Source: a virus (taxonomy: Duplodnaviria; Caudoviricetes). From it: a stretch of 60,622 nucleotides of DNA. The number at the start of each line of letters is the position of its first letter. The stretch's first letter is position 1. Position numbers and translations under genes: made by a program. Below are positions 17,106 to 27,387 of the stretch, one piece after another. The stretch lies in IMG/VR virus record IMGVR_UViG_3300042301_003480, positions 1 to 60,622 of that record. The stretch is one strand, 5' to 3'. The notes under the pieces were generated by a model, which worked only from the letters and a program-made list of their open reading frames with translations, had not been told where the DNA came from and made no database searches.

Positions 17106-18547
17106 CGCTGCTCTTGTCCCAGGCGGTCGATGAGCTGATCCGCCCCGATCCCAATGGCTACTGCTGCGGGGATGCCTTCTTGGAGGATGCGGCGGCGCAT
17201 TTCGTCGGACATGAGGTAGCGTCTGGCAGGAGGCGGCACGCCATCTGAGAACTGCATCTCTTTCCTGGCTTCCATCCAGGCCCTCCTGGCCGCCGCCTCG
17301 CGTTCAGCCAAAAAGACAATGCGCGGCATATCGTTCGCGTAGACCGGGGTCGCCCGCTCGGCAAGCTCCGCCGCACGCTTTGCGATTATCTCCGGGCCTT
17401 CGTTTGTGATGTATGAATTCACAAGGTTCCGGTATGCGCCATCCGCCCGGTCGGGTATTGCCTGCATTGCTTGGTTGCGAAGTGGAGACAACTCCTTATC
17501 CCACGGCTCAAGCGTCCAGCCGGAGTGCGTGGATGGCGCATCCTCCACCAGTCCGCCCATCTTCCGCCCCAGCCGCTCCAGCGCACCAGGCACAACCTTG
17601 CCGTAGAAGTGTTCGTAGTTCTCAATGTTGCCGCCGACCTTGTCGGCTATTGCTCTAGGCGAGGCGACTTCGATGGCGCGGTGGCCTTTGCCCGCGGCCT
17701 CTAGGGCGATGCGTTTGATGAGGATGTCGGCCCAGGCGTCTTCTAGGGGGAAGGGGAGCGCCTCAGCGCCCGCGTTTGGAAGGCTCCACTCCTCGGGGCC
17801 GGCATACGACCCAGCCTGAAGTTCACGCTGCTTCCTGTTGTGAATCCCCAAGTCCGACTGGAGTTCATTGATTCGCAGGGCATCGCCATGGGTGTCGAAT
17901 CGGGCGTGGGCCACGGCGTCCTTAGTGTCACCCGACCAATGGCTTCCGTAGTTGACGCGAGGCGCGACCTGAAACACAGGATCAGTCCCGGCATCGGGGG
18001 GCGCAAGCAACCGCTCGGCACCCGGCTGCGTCAACAGAAGCTCTGTGTAGTCCTGCCCGCCGTGGCCGTACTGTTCGTACCGTGGCTTCCCGTGCGACAC
18101 GCCTTGCCCCAGCCTGGACACTTCTCCGGTGTCTGGAAATTGGTAGTCAGGCACAGGCCGCGTGTCATCCGGCAGCCTCACCGACGTGTCGGTTTCGGCG
18201 TCATAGCGATACGCCGTGCCGCCAGTCGGAACATGCTGGATTTGCGGCCTGCCGCCCAGGATCACTTCTCCGTGCGTATACACCGGGCTGCGTTCTTTGA
18301 CCCGTGCCAGGAGTTCTTCTCTCGGCACTACATCCCGGCCGGCGATGACCGAATCTAGGTCAGTCTCTTTCAACTCCCAGCCTGGAACGCCGTCCTTGTA
18401 TCGCTTCAGGAGGCCAGGAAGCTCTTGGGTGCGGACGTTCTCGGGCATGGCCTGGATAGCACGCTCTAGGCGAGAATAGATCCCGGGGCCTGGGTTGTAG
18501 GTCAGGAGGCCGGCAATGGCGCGGCCGTAGTCGTCTGGATTTGCCAT
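17102..18547 (-). CDS. Hypothetical protein resembling a domain of large phage polyvalent or ejected proteins
   Basis: YSRL...DYTELLL...HW...AHARF...INELQSD...FY pattern. Confidence 0.6.
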   Translation of the reverse strand: MANPDDYGRAIAGLLTYNPGPGIYSRLERAIQAMPENVRTQELPGLLKRYKDGVPGWELKETDLDSVIAGRDVVPREELLARVKERSPVYTHGEVILGGRPQIQHVPTGGTAYRYDAETDTSVRLPDDTRPVPDYQFPDTGEVSRLGQGVSHGKPRYEQYGHGGQDYTELLLTQPGAERLLAPPDAGTDPVFQVAPRVNYGSHWSGDTKDAVAHARFDTHGDALRINELQSDLGIHNRKQRELQAGSYAGPEEWSLPNAGAEALPFPLEDAWADILIKRIALEAAGKGHRAIEVASPRAIADKVGGNIENYEHFYGKVVPGALERLGRKMGGLVEDAPSTHSGWTLEPWDKELSPLRNQAMQAIPDRADGAYRNLVNSYITNEGPEIIAKRAAELAERATPVYANDMPRIVFLAEREAAARRAWMEARKEMQFSDGVPPPARRYLMSDEMRRRILQEGIPAAVAIGIGADQLIDRLGQEQR

Positions 18548-19590
18548 TACTGACTCGCCCCGTACCTGGCAGACTCAAGCAATCCCGTCAACACAGCAGG
18601 AGGAAGAACGAACTCGTTCGCCGCTGCCCGGCCCACACCCCGGAGGGCTGCGTTTCTTGCCGCCGGAGTGGCGGCTCGCATGGCCGTTTTTGCCCCCTGC
18701 ACCATCGGGCCGATGGCGGTGGTGAACGGATCCAAGGGGGCTTCGATCACCGCGCCCAGTATTTGGCGAGCCACGCCGGGCGGCATGCCCGCATCGCCCA
18801 GCATTTCGTCGCCGTAGACCGCTCCGTTTTGCTCGGCCGGCATGCGTGCCCGCAACTGCTCCCACGCGCGGGTCGGGTTCCCTTCTGACCCCAGCATGAG
18901 CGGATGGTCGAACCGCATCGCCTCCACAAAACGCTGCTCATCTGCCCACTGGGGATTTGGGTCTTCCCCGCGGAAGGCGTTGTACAGGCCGCCAGTCGCC
19001 TTGTTCATTTGCTTGGGCTGAACCTGCGCTGCCTTGTCCAAGTCCAAGAAAGGACGAACGATGTTGTTGCCAATCGCCGCAAAGGGGATGTTCATCACCT
19101 CCACGGCATTGGTGACGGGCTGGCCGGTCGCCAGGAATCCCCGGTGGCGATAGGGGGCGATAGGCTCGTATGCGCCGCGCGGCTTCGTTTCCCACGTTTC
19201 GCCCCAGAAGCTGCGATCCCGGATGGGCTCGGGGTTGGGGCCGTAGTGTTGCGCGGCAGGCGATTCCCCATACCTTGCCGGCTGCTCTTGCTGGATGGAC
19301 TGAAGCCGGCGCATCAACAGGTCGTATTTCGTAGCCTGCTGGTATTCCGGATCGGTCATCACCTGATAGCCGAGAACCCCGGGGTGGTCGGCAACCACGC
19401 TGGCCATGGAGGGGTATTCGGCATCGGGAAGATCCTTAACCTCCTCCGCCGCAGCAAAGATGCGTTCATCGACGCCAGCGCCCAGCGGGTAGATGCCGGT
19501 CTGCCGGCCAACATCCGCTGCGGCCTGCACTTCATCGGGCGTGCCCGTGCGGGTGAACGGCACCCGTTTTCGACCGTTGCGCTCGCCCAC
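18547..19590 (-). CDS. Hypothetical (possible internal virion) protein, 347 aa
   Basis: Coupled ORF in the late operon; LDPF and Ala-rich C-terminus. Confidence 0.65.
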   Translation of the reverse strand: MGERNGRKRVPFTRTGTPDEVQAAADVGRQTGIYPLGAGVDERIFAAAEEVKDLPDAEYPSMASVVADHPGVLGYQVMTDPEYQQATKYDLLMRRLQSIQQEQPARYGESPAAQHYGPNPEPIRDRSFWGETWETKPRGAYEPIAPYRHRGFLATGQPVTNAVEVMNIPFAAIGNNIVRPFLDLDKAAQVQPKQMNKATGGLYNAFRGEDPNPQWADEQRFVEAMRFDHPLMLGSEGNPTRAWEQLRARMPAEQNGAVYGDEMLGDAGMPPGVARQILGAVIEAPLDPFTTAIGPMVQGAKTAMRAATPAARNAALRGVGRAAANEFVLPPAVLTGLLESARYGASQ

Positions 19591-19862
19591 TACCAGCTCC
19601 AGTTACAGGACCAATACCCGGGCTTCAGCTTGTCAGTCTTCTCGTCGCAGTTGTGTCGGGCTTTGAAGTTGGCCCTCCGACCTTCATCCCCGTGGCCGGG
19701 CTTGGAGCCTTCCTTGTAGTGCCCCATGCTCGCATCGCCAAAGCGGACCAGACGCTCCTCGTCCCCGACCTTGGCGCGGACGACGAACTTCTTGCCGCCC
19801 TGCGTGTCCCTGACCGGACGGTTGGGGACCAGCTTACGAATCTTATCCCCGTCCCTGTCCAC
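19590..19862 (-). CDS. Small basic protein, DUF5754-like
   Basis: KKF.V...VRFGD...H.D..RR.NF.ARH...PGYWS..W. Confidence 0.65.
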   Translation of the reverse strand: MDRDGDKIRKLVPNRPVRDTQGGKKFVVRAKVGDEERLVRFGDASMGHYKEGSKPGHGDEGRRANFKARHNCDEKTDKLKPGYWSCNWSW

Positions 19863-20007
19863 TCAGCTTCCTCCACTGCTTCTTGTCGGGGTAGTCCTTG
19901 TCGCCGGGCTTGGCGGGAGCTTCTCCCCGTTCACGCTTGGCACGGATGTTGTCCCACAGCCCGCGCCGCAACTGGCGCACCCTGTCCCCGTCCTTATCGG
20001 TTGTCAT
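19843..20007 (-). CDS. Small basic protein, 54 aa (GLWDNIRAKRERG)
   Basis: Translated by hand; fills the gap between neighbours. Confidence 0.6.
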   Translation of the reverse strand: MTTDKDGDRVRQLRRGLWDNIRAKRERGEAPAKPGDKDYPDKKQWRKLSGQGRG

Positions 20008-20299
20008 AGTGGACGGTGGTGTTGCCCTGCGCGGGGATCGCCGGCGGGTCGAACTGATACCCCGAGCCGCGGGCCTGGGAGGCGCTGAGCTGATCCAAGA
20101 GCTTGCGGATCAACGCACCTTGGGGGTCGTCGGCAGATGCATCCGCCGCGAGCTGGTTATGCACCTGCTGCGTGCGGGAAAACTCCCCCGGGCCCATGTA
20201 CATCATGCCGGAACCGGAATACACCGGACGGCCAGCGGCATCCAGGCCAGCGCCTGAGTTGGCGATAAACCGATTCAGACGGTCATTGGGGCGGTCCAT
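19994..20299 (-). CDS. Hypothetical protein, 101 aa
   Basis: TAATG coupling. Confidence 0.6.
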   Translation of the reverse strand: MDRPNDRLNRFIANSGAGLDAAGRPVYSGSGMMYMGPGEFSRTQQVHNQLAADASADDPQGALIRKLLDQLSASQARGSGYQFDPPAIPAQGNTTVHYDNR

Positions 20300-20664
20300 T
20301 AGCTTCTCCCGGGTCGCCAGCCGGATTGGCGGGCTAGTTTGACTCGTTGCAATAAGGCATCCAGTTCTGCGCCTTGCCCTTGGGCCATCATGGAGGCACC
20401 GGCGGCGACCGGCCGCCCAAAGCGGCGCTCGTATGCCTGGCGGGCGCGCTCCATGCGAAGTTGCCGCAAGGCGTCTTCCGCCTGGAGCATCCCCGGGGCC
20501 GGGAGGTCGGTGATTTGCATCTGGCCGATGCGTTGCGTGACCGACTGGCCTTGGGGGATGCGCAGGGGTGGCGAAATGCGCTGCGGCATGGGTGGCCGCT
20601 GCGGCACGGCAGGCCAGCTCCTCACATCGGCATCAACTTCTTCCGGCGTCATGTTCACTCCCAT
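20299..20664 (-). CDS. Hypothetical protein, 121 aa
   Basis: Operon position. Confidence 0.6.
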   Translation of the reverse strand: MGVNMTPEEVDADVRSWPAVPQRPPMPQRISPPLRIPQGQSVTQRIGQMQITDLPAPGMLQAEDALRQLRMERARQAYERRFGRPVAAGASMMAQGQGAELDALLQRVKLARQSGWRPGRS

Positions 20665-20666
20665 AC

Positions 20667-21107
20667 CTAACCATTGCCCTTCTTCCTCGCCCGGCGAATC
20701 GCAAGGCGGATCAATGTCTTCCCTGCCAAGGAGAGGTAAGGCAACTTCCGTTTCTTCGCCTCCTCCGCCAGCCAGCCGTCAATCTCGTCAATGTGTTCCT
20801 CGCACCAGTCGCAGCCCTTTTCGTCCATGATCTTTGCTCGCTTGTTACAAGAGCAGTTGGGCTTGGCGACGATGCCGATGGTCCGCAAGAGGGCCTTCAG
20901 TTCCGTTCCTGGGCCGGGAGGTGGGCCGCCGTACTTTTTCCGCAGCCGGTCATACTCATGCCGGGGGATGAAGACATGCGTGTCCGTGGAGCGAGCAACG
21001 CACTGCATCACCTCGGCCTCATAGCCCGGGATCTGCTCGCCTCGCTTGGCAATCGCCGCCCGGGACACCATGGCGTGACTCATGGAGGCGGCTCCTCGGC
21101 CTGGCAT
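20667..21107 (-). CDS. Hypothetical protein with GPGTEL...CSC...MD motif
   Basis: Operon position; likely start about 21083 (ATGA overlap). Confidence 0.7.
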   Translation of the reverse strand: MPGRGAASMSHAMVSRAAIAKRGEQIPGYEAEVMQCVARSTDTHVFIPRHEYDRLRKKYGGPPPGPGTELKALLRTIGIVAKPNCSCNKRAKIMDEKGCDWCEEHIDEIDGWLAEEAKKRKLPYLSLAGKTLIRLAIRRARKKGNG

Positions 21108-21763
21108 TCGTAGTAGTCAACATCCACCTCCACGCACTCGCAACCGTCACAGCAAGACCCGGGGTAGTCGGGGTCGCAAACGCCGGAGCAGGTGCGCTCC
21201 GGATTGCAGTCGCCAGATACCCCCAGCGAGTTCAGGTCCAGGGACCAGTCGCCGCCCGGGGAAACACCGTCCCACCACGCCAGCTCATCGCACTCACCCT
21301 GCTGCTCCGTGGCGCAGGTCTTGCAGATGCGCTTGCCAAGCTCACTGAGCCCAGATTGCTGAAATCCCGATGGGCACGCATCCCCAACGCCTTCGCCATC
21401 CCAAACGACCTGGGCAGAGTAGTGGCAATATCCCGTGGCGCACTCCCCGTCGCAGCACTGTTCGCCCGCCGGGCAGTCGCCATTGTTCTCGCACGGGGTA
21501 GGACAAGGGTCAGCCTGACAAGTCCCATCACAGCAGTTAGGCCGCTCCTCTGGGCAGTAGCCCACCGCAGACACGCCGTCGCACTTCTCGCACAGGGAGG
21601 GGTTGGCCGGAGGGTCGCAGGGGCACTCATCCTCGCCCTCGCAAGTCGTCCCTACGCCCTGGAACAAACCACCTGCGTCTTCACAGTCGGCGCATGTCTC
21701 TTCGGTACACACGCCTCCATTGCAGCATGCACCCGTCGTTGTACAGCAGCGACAACAGCCCAT
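21080..21763 (-). CDS. Cys-rich acidic protein with GACC and CC.G.C repeats
   Basis: MGCCRCC...GACCNGGVC...FQGVGTTC; repeated CCDG.C. Confidence 0.7.
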   Translation of the reverse strand: MGCCRCCTTTGACCNGGVCTEETCADCEDAGGLFQGVGTTCEGEDECPCDPPANPSLCEKCDGVSAVGYCPEERPNCCDGTCQADPCPTPCENNGDCPAGEQCCDGECATGYCHYSAQVVWDGEGVGDACPSGFQQSGLSELGKRICKTCATEQQGECDELAWWDGVSPGGDWSLDLNSLGVSGDCNPERTCSGVCDPDYPGSCCDGCECVEVDVDYYECQAEEPPP

Positions 21764-22176
21764 CAGCAGTCCCAGTCCAGCCAGTCGATTTCGTCCGTCA
21801 GAGACTCCATACCGACCATTGCGACACAGAGGCCCCCAGCAACGCACAGGACGGCGATTGGAGTCAGGCGACACGCAGGAGACGGGGAGGAAACAACGGG
21901 CGGGAGACGGGAAAATGAGGGGCAGAGACACGTGGGGGATGGAGGGGTGAAAAAATCCAGGGGTGGATATGACCTGTAATGCGTGACGCGATGGGGGGCC
22001 TCGGGGGGTGTGTCGCTTGTCCCCGGCCCGTGCCGTAACCCCTTGCCCCGTCTAGGGTTACGATTGCGGGAACCATGCCGTTCTCAACCTTACGATTTTG
22101 CAAGGCGGCCCGGCGGCCCAAAATCGGCCGGGCCGGTTGTCGGCATGCATCGCCCCCCCTCCCCCATCAGCGCATG

Positions 22177-22209
22177 AAAAAGCCCGGGAGGCTTCTACCC
22201 CTCCCGGGC
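22177..22209 (-). terminator. Intrinsic terminator
   Basis: GCCCGGGAGG/CCTCCCGGGC stem plus T5 on the minus strand, just after the 22235 stop. Confidence 0.8.
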
Positions 22210-22234
22210 CTACCGTGCCGATGGTAGCGGTCTG

Positions 22235-22771
22235 CTACTCCGCTGCGAACCCACAAGCCTCCCGTACCAGTTCCCTCACGCCGGGGAGCCCGATACGCTT
22301 GGCGAGCCTATAGGCTTTCCGTCCTAACGCTGGGCTCCTCCCGATACGCTCAATGGCTTCCGCGACCATCGCGGGAGTGTAGGCCGCCCGTTCACGGATT
22401 CGCTCTTTCCGGGCCAGCATTCCCTCCGTGGTCGCCCGGTTGGCTTGGCGTCTGGCCCCCGTAAAACCCTGCCACCGGCTTTTTTCCATATACCGCCGGA
22501 TTCCTGCCATCGCGGAAGCGTGCGCCCCTCGCGGTATACGATCCGTCCGCAGTTCAAGCCATTTCATATAGGCCACACTTGCGGCTTCGCTCGCTCGCTC
22601 TTTCATTCCCGCCCGTTCGATTTTCGTCCGGGCTTCCGGGAGGAAAAAACGGTAGGCCGCCCGTTCGAAGTACGCCACTACCGCCAAATGGTATTCGGCC
22701 GGTAGGTCGCCCGGTACATACTTTTCCCGGGGCCAGACGCAGTACATACCCTCGCTTGCCATTGCCAGCAT
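22235..22771 (-). CDS. Hypothetical basic protein, divergent from the early operon (possible regulator)
   Basis: GAGGG RBS and its own terminator. Confidence 0.65.
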   Translation of the reverse strand: MLAMASEGMYCVWPREKYVPGDLPAEYHLAVVAYFERAAYRFFLPEARTKIERAGMKERASEAASVAYMKWLELRTDRIPRGAHASAMAGIRRYMEKSRWQGFTGARRQANRATTEGMLARKERIRERAAYTPAMVAEAIERIGRSPALGRKAYRLAKRIGLPGVRELVREACGFAAE

Positions 22772-22855
22772 TGTGATACCCTCGCTTTCACGGTTGCCCC
22801 CGGGATAACCTCCCGGGCGACTCTTTGAATGTACCATATACCATCGGTAGAACAA

Positions 22856-23194
22856 GCCCCGGAATATAGGCCGAAAAATATTTCGCAGATTTTTTTAGGC
22901 CAAGTGTGCATATACATATGCAAGCGAGCGAGTGTGAATCGCTCGCTTGTGGGAGTGTATGTGCGAGTGTCAATCGCTCGCTTTTCCCCACACTTTCGAC
23001 TCTGGCCCGCATTCTACGATGCGGCCTGCTGTCCCGTTACACTGGCCCGGATTCTGCGGCCAGCGCGCGGCCGGGAAAATCGCACAATGTGCCAAGATTT
23101 TTTCCGGTGAAGTGTGCATATACAATGGCGAGCAAGCCGCAAGCGAGGGAGTATACGGTATACTATCCGCATGCGGGCAGCGTAAGGGGGTTCC
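22856..23194. promoter_or_regulatory. Divergent control region with direct and inverted repeats
   Basis: AT-richer; AAGTGTGCATATACA at 22902 and 23110; CAAGCGAGCGA/TCGCTCGCTTG IR at 22921-22949; AGTATAC-G-GTATACT at 23150-23164. Confidence 0.65.
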
Positions 23195-23539
23195 ATGTCA
23201 AAAGTGGATCACTCCCTGGTAGTGATGGCAGCTCTTGCCGATCCATTACGGAAGCTCCGTGAGGGAGGGACTGTTGCGGTCCCCTCTGATGAGTTAGCCG
23301 TGCGGGCGGTGCGGGGTTGTCTGAATACCAGGACGGGCGGCTGGCGGGCTTCTAAGCCTGCCGATGAGGCCGCCGGGTTGTTGTGGACGCTGGTCAAGTT
23401 CCATCGGTCTGGGGGCAGTCTTTACGGCTGGCCCTGGTTCGCGGATGAGGCCATGCGTGACCAGCTTGACACTCTCGCCGTGGTTCTGCTCGGCGGGCAG
23501 TCGTCTGCCGCTGCCGCTTGGCAGCGTGCGCTGGGTTGA
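23195..23539 (+). CDS. Hypothetical early protein, 114 aa
   Basis: AAGGGGG RBS; first gene of the rightward operon. Confidence 0.7.
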   Translation: MSKVDHSLVVMAALADPLRKLREGGTVAVPSDELAVRAVRGCLNTRTGGWRASKPADEAAGLLWTLVKFHRSGGSLYGWPWFADEAMRDQLDTLAVVLLGGQSSAAAAWQRALG

Positions 23540-23681
23540 CGGGATCCGATCCCGGGCAGTGTGACAGGGCCGCTGGGCGTGCCCGTGCGGTTGGCATGAA
23601 TAAGAGCATGCCGCCAGCCGTGCTTCACTGTCCGGGTTCGGCTGCCGCTTCTGGTAGTCGGTTCTTTTCACGGAGGTGCGT

Positions 23682-24431
23682 ATGCGTCTGGCATATGCAC
23701 CGGCCAACGCCAAGCTCCGCCGTCTCGCGGAGCGCTTGTGCATCAAGGTCTACTCCTTTGACATGCTGTCAGGTGTGACCTGCCCCGCAGCCAAGGACTG
23801 CAAGTCTTGGGCTGAGGAGTATGGACGCGGCAAGCGCAGGATCAGAGACGGCAAGCACACGTTGTTCCGGTGCTTTTCGGCCTCGCAAGAGGCTCAGTAC
23901 ACGGATGTGTACAAGTTCCGTAAGGCCAACATGGATGCGGCCCTGTCGCTTGCGGCAGAGTCACCCATGAAATGTGCCTCGGCCCTGGTTGAGGCTCTGC
24001 CTGACCGGGCAGCGGTGATTCGCATCCATGTGGCTGGGGATTTCAAGATCCTCAACTACTTCGATGCCTGGCTGGAAGTGTGTGAGCGTAGGCCCGACAT
24101 GCGGTTTTACGCCTACACCAAGATGCTTTCGTTCTGGCAGAAGCGGCGGGACATCCTGCCTGCGAACCTGGCCCTGACTGCCAGCAGGGGTGGCCGATTC
24201 GACCATCTGATCGACAGTGAGGGATTCCGTGAGTCGGTAGTGGTCTATAGCGAGGCCAAGGCCAAACGGCTGCGGCTGGCTATCGACCATGACGACCACC
24301 ATGCGTATTCGCTCACGGGTGGTTCATTCGCCCTGCTGATCCATGGGACACAACCCAAGGGCAGCGAGGCAGGCAAGGCCGTTCGGGCCTTGCGTGGGGC
24401 GGGCTCCTACAACCGAAAGGTCAAGGTGTGA
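23682..24431 (+). CDS. Gp88-like phage protein
   Basis: TCP.A..C...CF, RIHVAGDF, FYAYTK; GGAGGTG RBS. Confidence 0.75.
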   Translation: MRLAYAPANAKLRRLAERLCIKVYSFDMLSGVTCPAAKDCKSWAEEYGRGKRRIRDGKHTLFRCFSASQEAQYTDVYKFRKANMDAALSLAAESPMKCASALVEALPDRAAVIRIHVAGDFKILNYFDAWLEVCERRPDMRFYAYTKMLSFWQKRRDILPANLALTASRGGRFDHLIDSEGFRESVVVYSEAKAKRLRLAIDHDDHHAYSLTGGSFALLIHGTQPKGSEAGKAVRALRGAGSYNRKVKV

Positions 24432-24432
24432 C

Positions 24433-27387
24433 ATGCGACGAATCGTAGATGCTTACTACTCCAACGACCTCAAGTGTTGGGTTCGTCTGGAAAGACAGGC
24501 GGATGGCGAGTGGTGCCATACGTCTGGCTTTTCGTCCCGAGAAGCGGCCATGCGTGGCCAGGAGGTGTGACATGCCGATGAGCCTGACAAGCCGCCTTGT
24601 GCATGCGGCTGACGATCTGCGTGAGCTGCGGGTGGACCTGCACAACCTTGCAATCCGGCTACTGGAAGACGATGCGGGCCTATCCGCAGAGTCGTACTGG
24701 CTGCTGGATCAGGTGTTTCAACGGGTAGGTGGGCTTGCAACCCTCACTGCCCGCAAGCGTGGCGACGGGCGGTTTTATCTCTCCCCTATGGCAAAGGTGA
24801 CACATGCCGGAGCTGACTGACCTGGAGCAGGGCAGGTGCTTTGTCCTGCTCAGTGATGGTGAGACATGGGACACGGTGTTGGACTGCGTGGTGCGGTTCT
24901 CCACCGCAGAGCAAGACGCAGAGCATGAATGGGGTGACCGGATCGAAGGATACCGGGATATCTCCATCGAAGAACTGGTGCGGCATTACCTAGCAACCAA
25001 GGGGTGAACCATGGCCTACAACGGCTGGACCAACTACGAAACGTGGTGCGTCAAGCTCCACATGGACAACGACGAATCCTCCCAGCGGTACTGGGACAGG
25101 CAGGCCAAGGAGGCCGTGCGGGATTTTGAAGGGCCGGAGGGGTGCATCGATGTGCTGGTTGACTGGCTGGAGGACTGGCACAAGGAGGACATGCCCAAAG
25201 TGAAGGGTGTGTATGCCGACCTGCTCAATGCGTCTCTGTCGGAGGTGAACTGGCATGAGATTGCCAGGAATCTGGTGGAGGAATACCGGGAGGAGGTGAG
25301 CGATGCCTAGCCCATACGACGAGCTGTACCGGATCGTCTGGTTTCACCTTCAAGGTGACCGGCCCCGCGTTCGGCTGCGAGATGTGCGTGAGGCTATCGG
25401 CCAAGCCCACTATTCCGACCGGCGGGACGGGGTTGTGGTGACCAATGACAACGCCGGATTGTTCCGCATGTACCGAAACAACGTGTCGCCTGACCCGCAT
25501 CGCCTGATTGCTGCGGCCAAGGCATACGGAAAGGAGGTGGCCAATGCGACTGGCTGAACTGGAGGAGTTCATGTCCCTGGCCGGCGACGAGGAGCATGGG
25601 TGCTACCCCTGCCGACATGGGCATACCGCATGCTCCGACCGCACGGGTGGCCGGTGTTCTGATGAGTTGTGGCAGCGACAGTGCAGCGATGAGTCCGATG
25701 ACGATTACCAACAGCGACTGGAGGACAACCAATGAGTTACCGACCGATGGTCTATGTGCAGGGCGAATGGGCTGGCAATGGGGTGCGGTTTGCTACCCCG
25801 GAGGAGGCCGAGGCGTCTGCCCGCAACCTCGCGGCCCGGTGGTTTCTGGTGGACGATATCCGGGTGGATGAGTCGGAGGATGAGGTCAACTATGCCTGGG
25901 ATAACGGGCTGAAGGAGGTGGTGCATGCCTGAAGCGAACGGGACTACCTATGACTCTGGCACCAAGCTGGAGATCATTGCCCTGCTAGAGAAGTGCCGGA
26001 TGCACAGGATTCGCATTCGTATCAGGTACGGCGACGAAGACGGCCAGGATTGGGGCGACTCATGCGGCATGGAGGGGTACATCAGCCGCTCCTGCGGGCC
26101 GTGCAAGGTGCCGCTGGTGATTTACAACAGCCGCACCATCGGCGGGCCTGCGATCCTCACGGCCCGGATTGTCCGCATCGAAACAACCAAGGGCAAGCGA
26201 GTTCTGTACACGCACCCTGCCTATCGCCGGAAGGAGACTGCCCATGTGCCCTCAATGTGACTGCTGCGAGGTGGCCTGGGCTGCCCCGCTTGGTTCTCTG
26301 TGGCATGCCTGCTGTAGGGCATGTGGATGGGTGTATACTATCGACGCGGAGGAGTTGGTCGATGACATCAGGTGACCTCGCCAAGATGGCCCGAGCCGCA
26401 GCCGTCATTGAGTTAGTGCTGGGCCGTGACTTTGTGTGCTATACCCGGTCGGAGTTCGATGGTGAGTATGGCAAGGGTGCCTTGCTCATCTTGCAACACT
26501 ACCGGGGTGATCCGCTCTGGCCGTATGTGAACTACGACGGCCAGCAGTATGAGAAGATCGAACAGTTGGCCGATGCGTTGTCGGCTGCTGGCTTCTGGGT
26601 GGAGGACTGCACCGGGTGGTACTCCGGTGTGTATGAGAAGGAGGCGGTGAATGAAACATCAGTATGTTGACGCAACTACCAACCGCTACCGCGAGTGGCT
26701 GGCACAACGAGCGAAAGATAACTACGCGGAATTGCCAAGGCTGGACGAGATTGAGCGGTGGCTTGGCGAGGATGAGGAGTATCGCGATCCCCTGCGTGCG
26801 TTGTCGCAGTTGTGCGTTGGGCTACGCGAGGCGGAGCGGCCGGGCATGATTCAGTGGATCGCCTGCGAACTGATCAGCGAACTGGAGAGCGAGCGTGCGT
26901 TTGGCCGCAAGGCCGAGTCGTTCTTTTCCGCCATGATCAGTCGATGCGGGGTCGAAGACTTTGACGTTGTCATGTTCGACAAGTCGCACCGCAAGTGCGG
27001 CACGTTGCATGACCACCACACCCAGGAGACTGCCGATGCCACAGATTGACTGGACTGCTGACGAGGCCGAGGAGGTGCGGCAACTGATGCTGGACCGCTT
27101 GGATCGCATGAAGGAACAGTCTGAAAAGGCCACGGATCCGCAAGACATCAGCCAGTGGACCTACTTCATCCATGAACTGCGGGGTATCCTCGCCAAACTG
27201 GAGGCTGCATATGCCAACCATTGAACTGACCGACGAGCAGGCCGAGGAGTTGCGTGACCTTCTGGCGTCTGAGATTCAGTACGTTGCTGACGTTTACGCA
27301 GACGACGAGGCCAACCCTGACGCAGTGCAAGAGCAGCACCGTGCGTCTGTCCTGTCCGACATCCTGGAACTACTGGAGGTTGCGTGA
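24433..27387 (+). other. Array of small coupled early genes (e.g. 24804-25007, 25011-25310 YNGWTNYETW, 25303-25557, 25732-25932, 25925-26260, 26651-27049)
   Basis: Back-to-back short ORFs, each with a GGAG(G) RBS and overlapping start/stop. Confidence 0.75.

Noticed and set aside
22080-22086. Isolated GTTCTCA (also near 33193)
   Set aside because: No paired TGAGAAC arm and no gene boundary; a few chance hits are expected in 60 kb.
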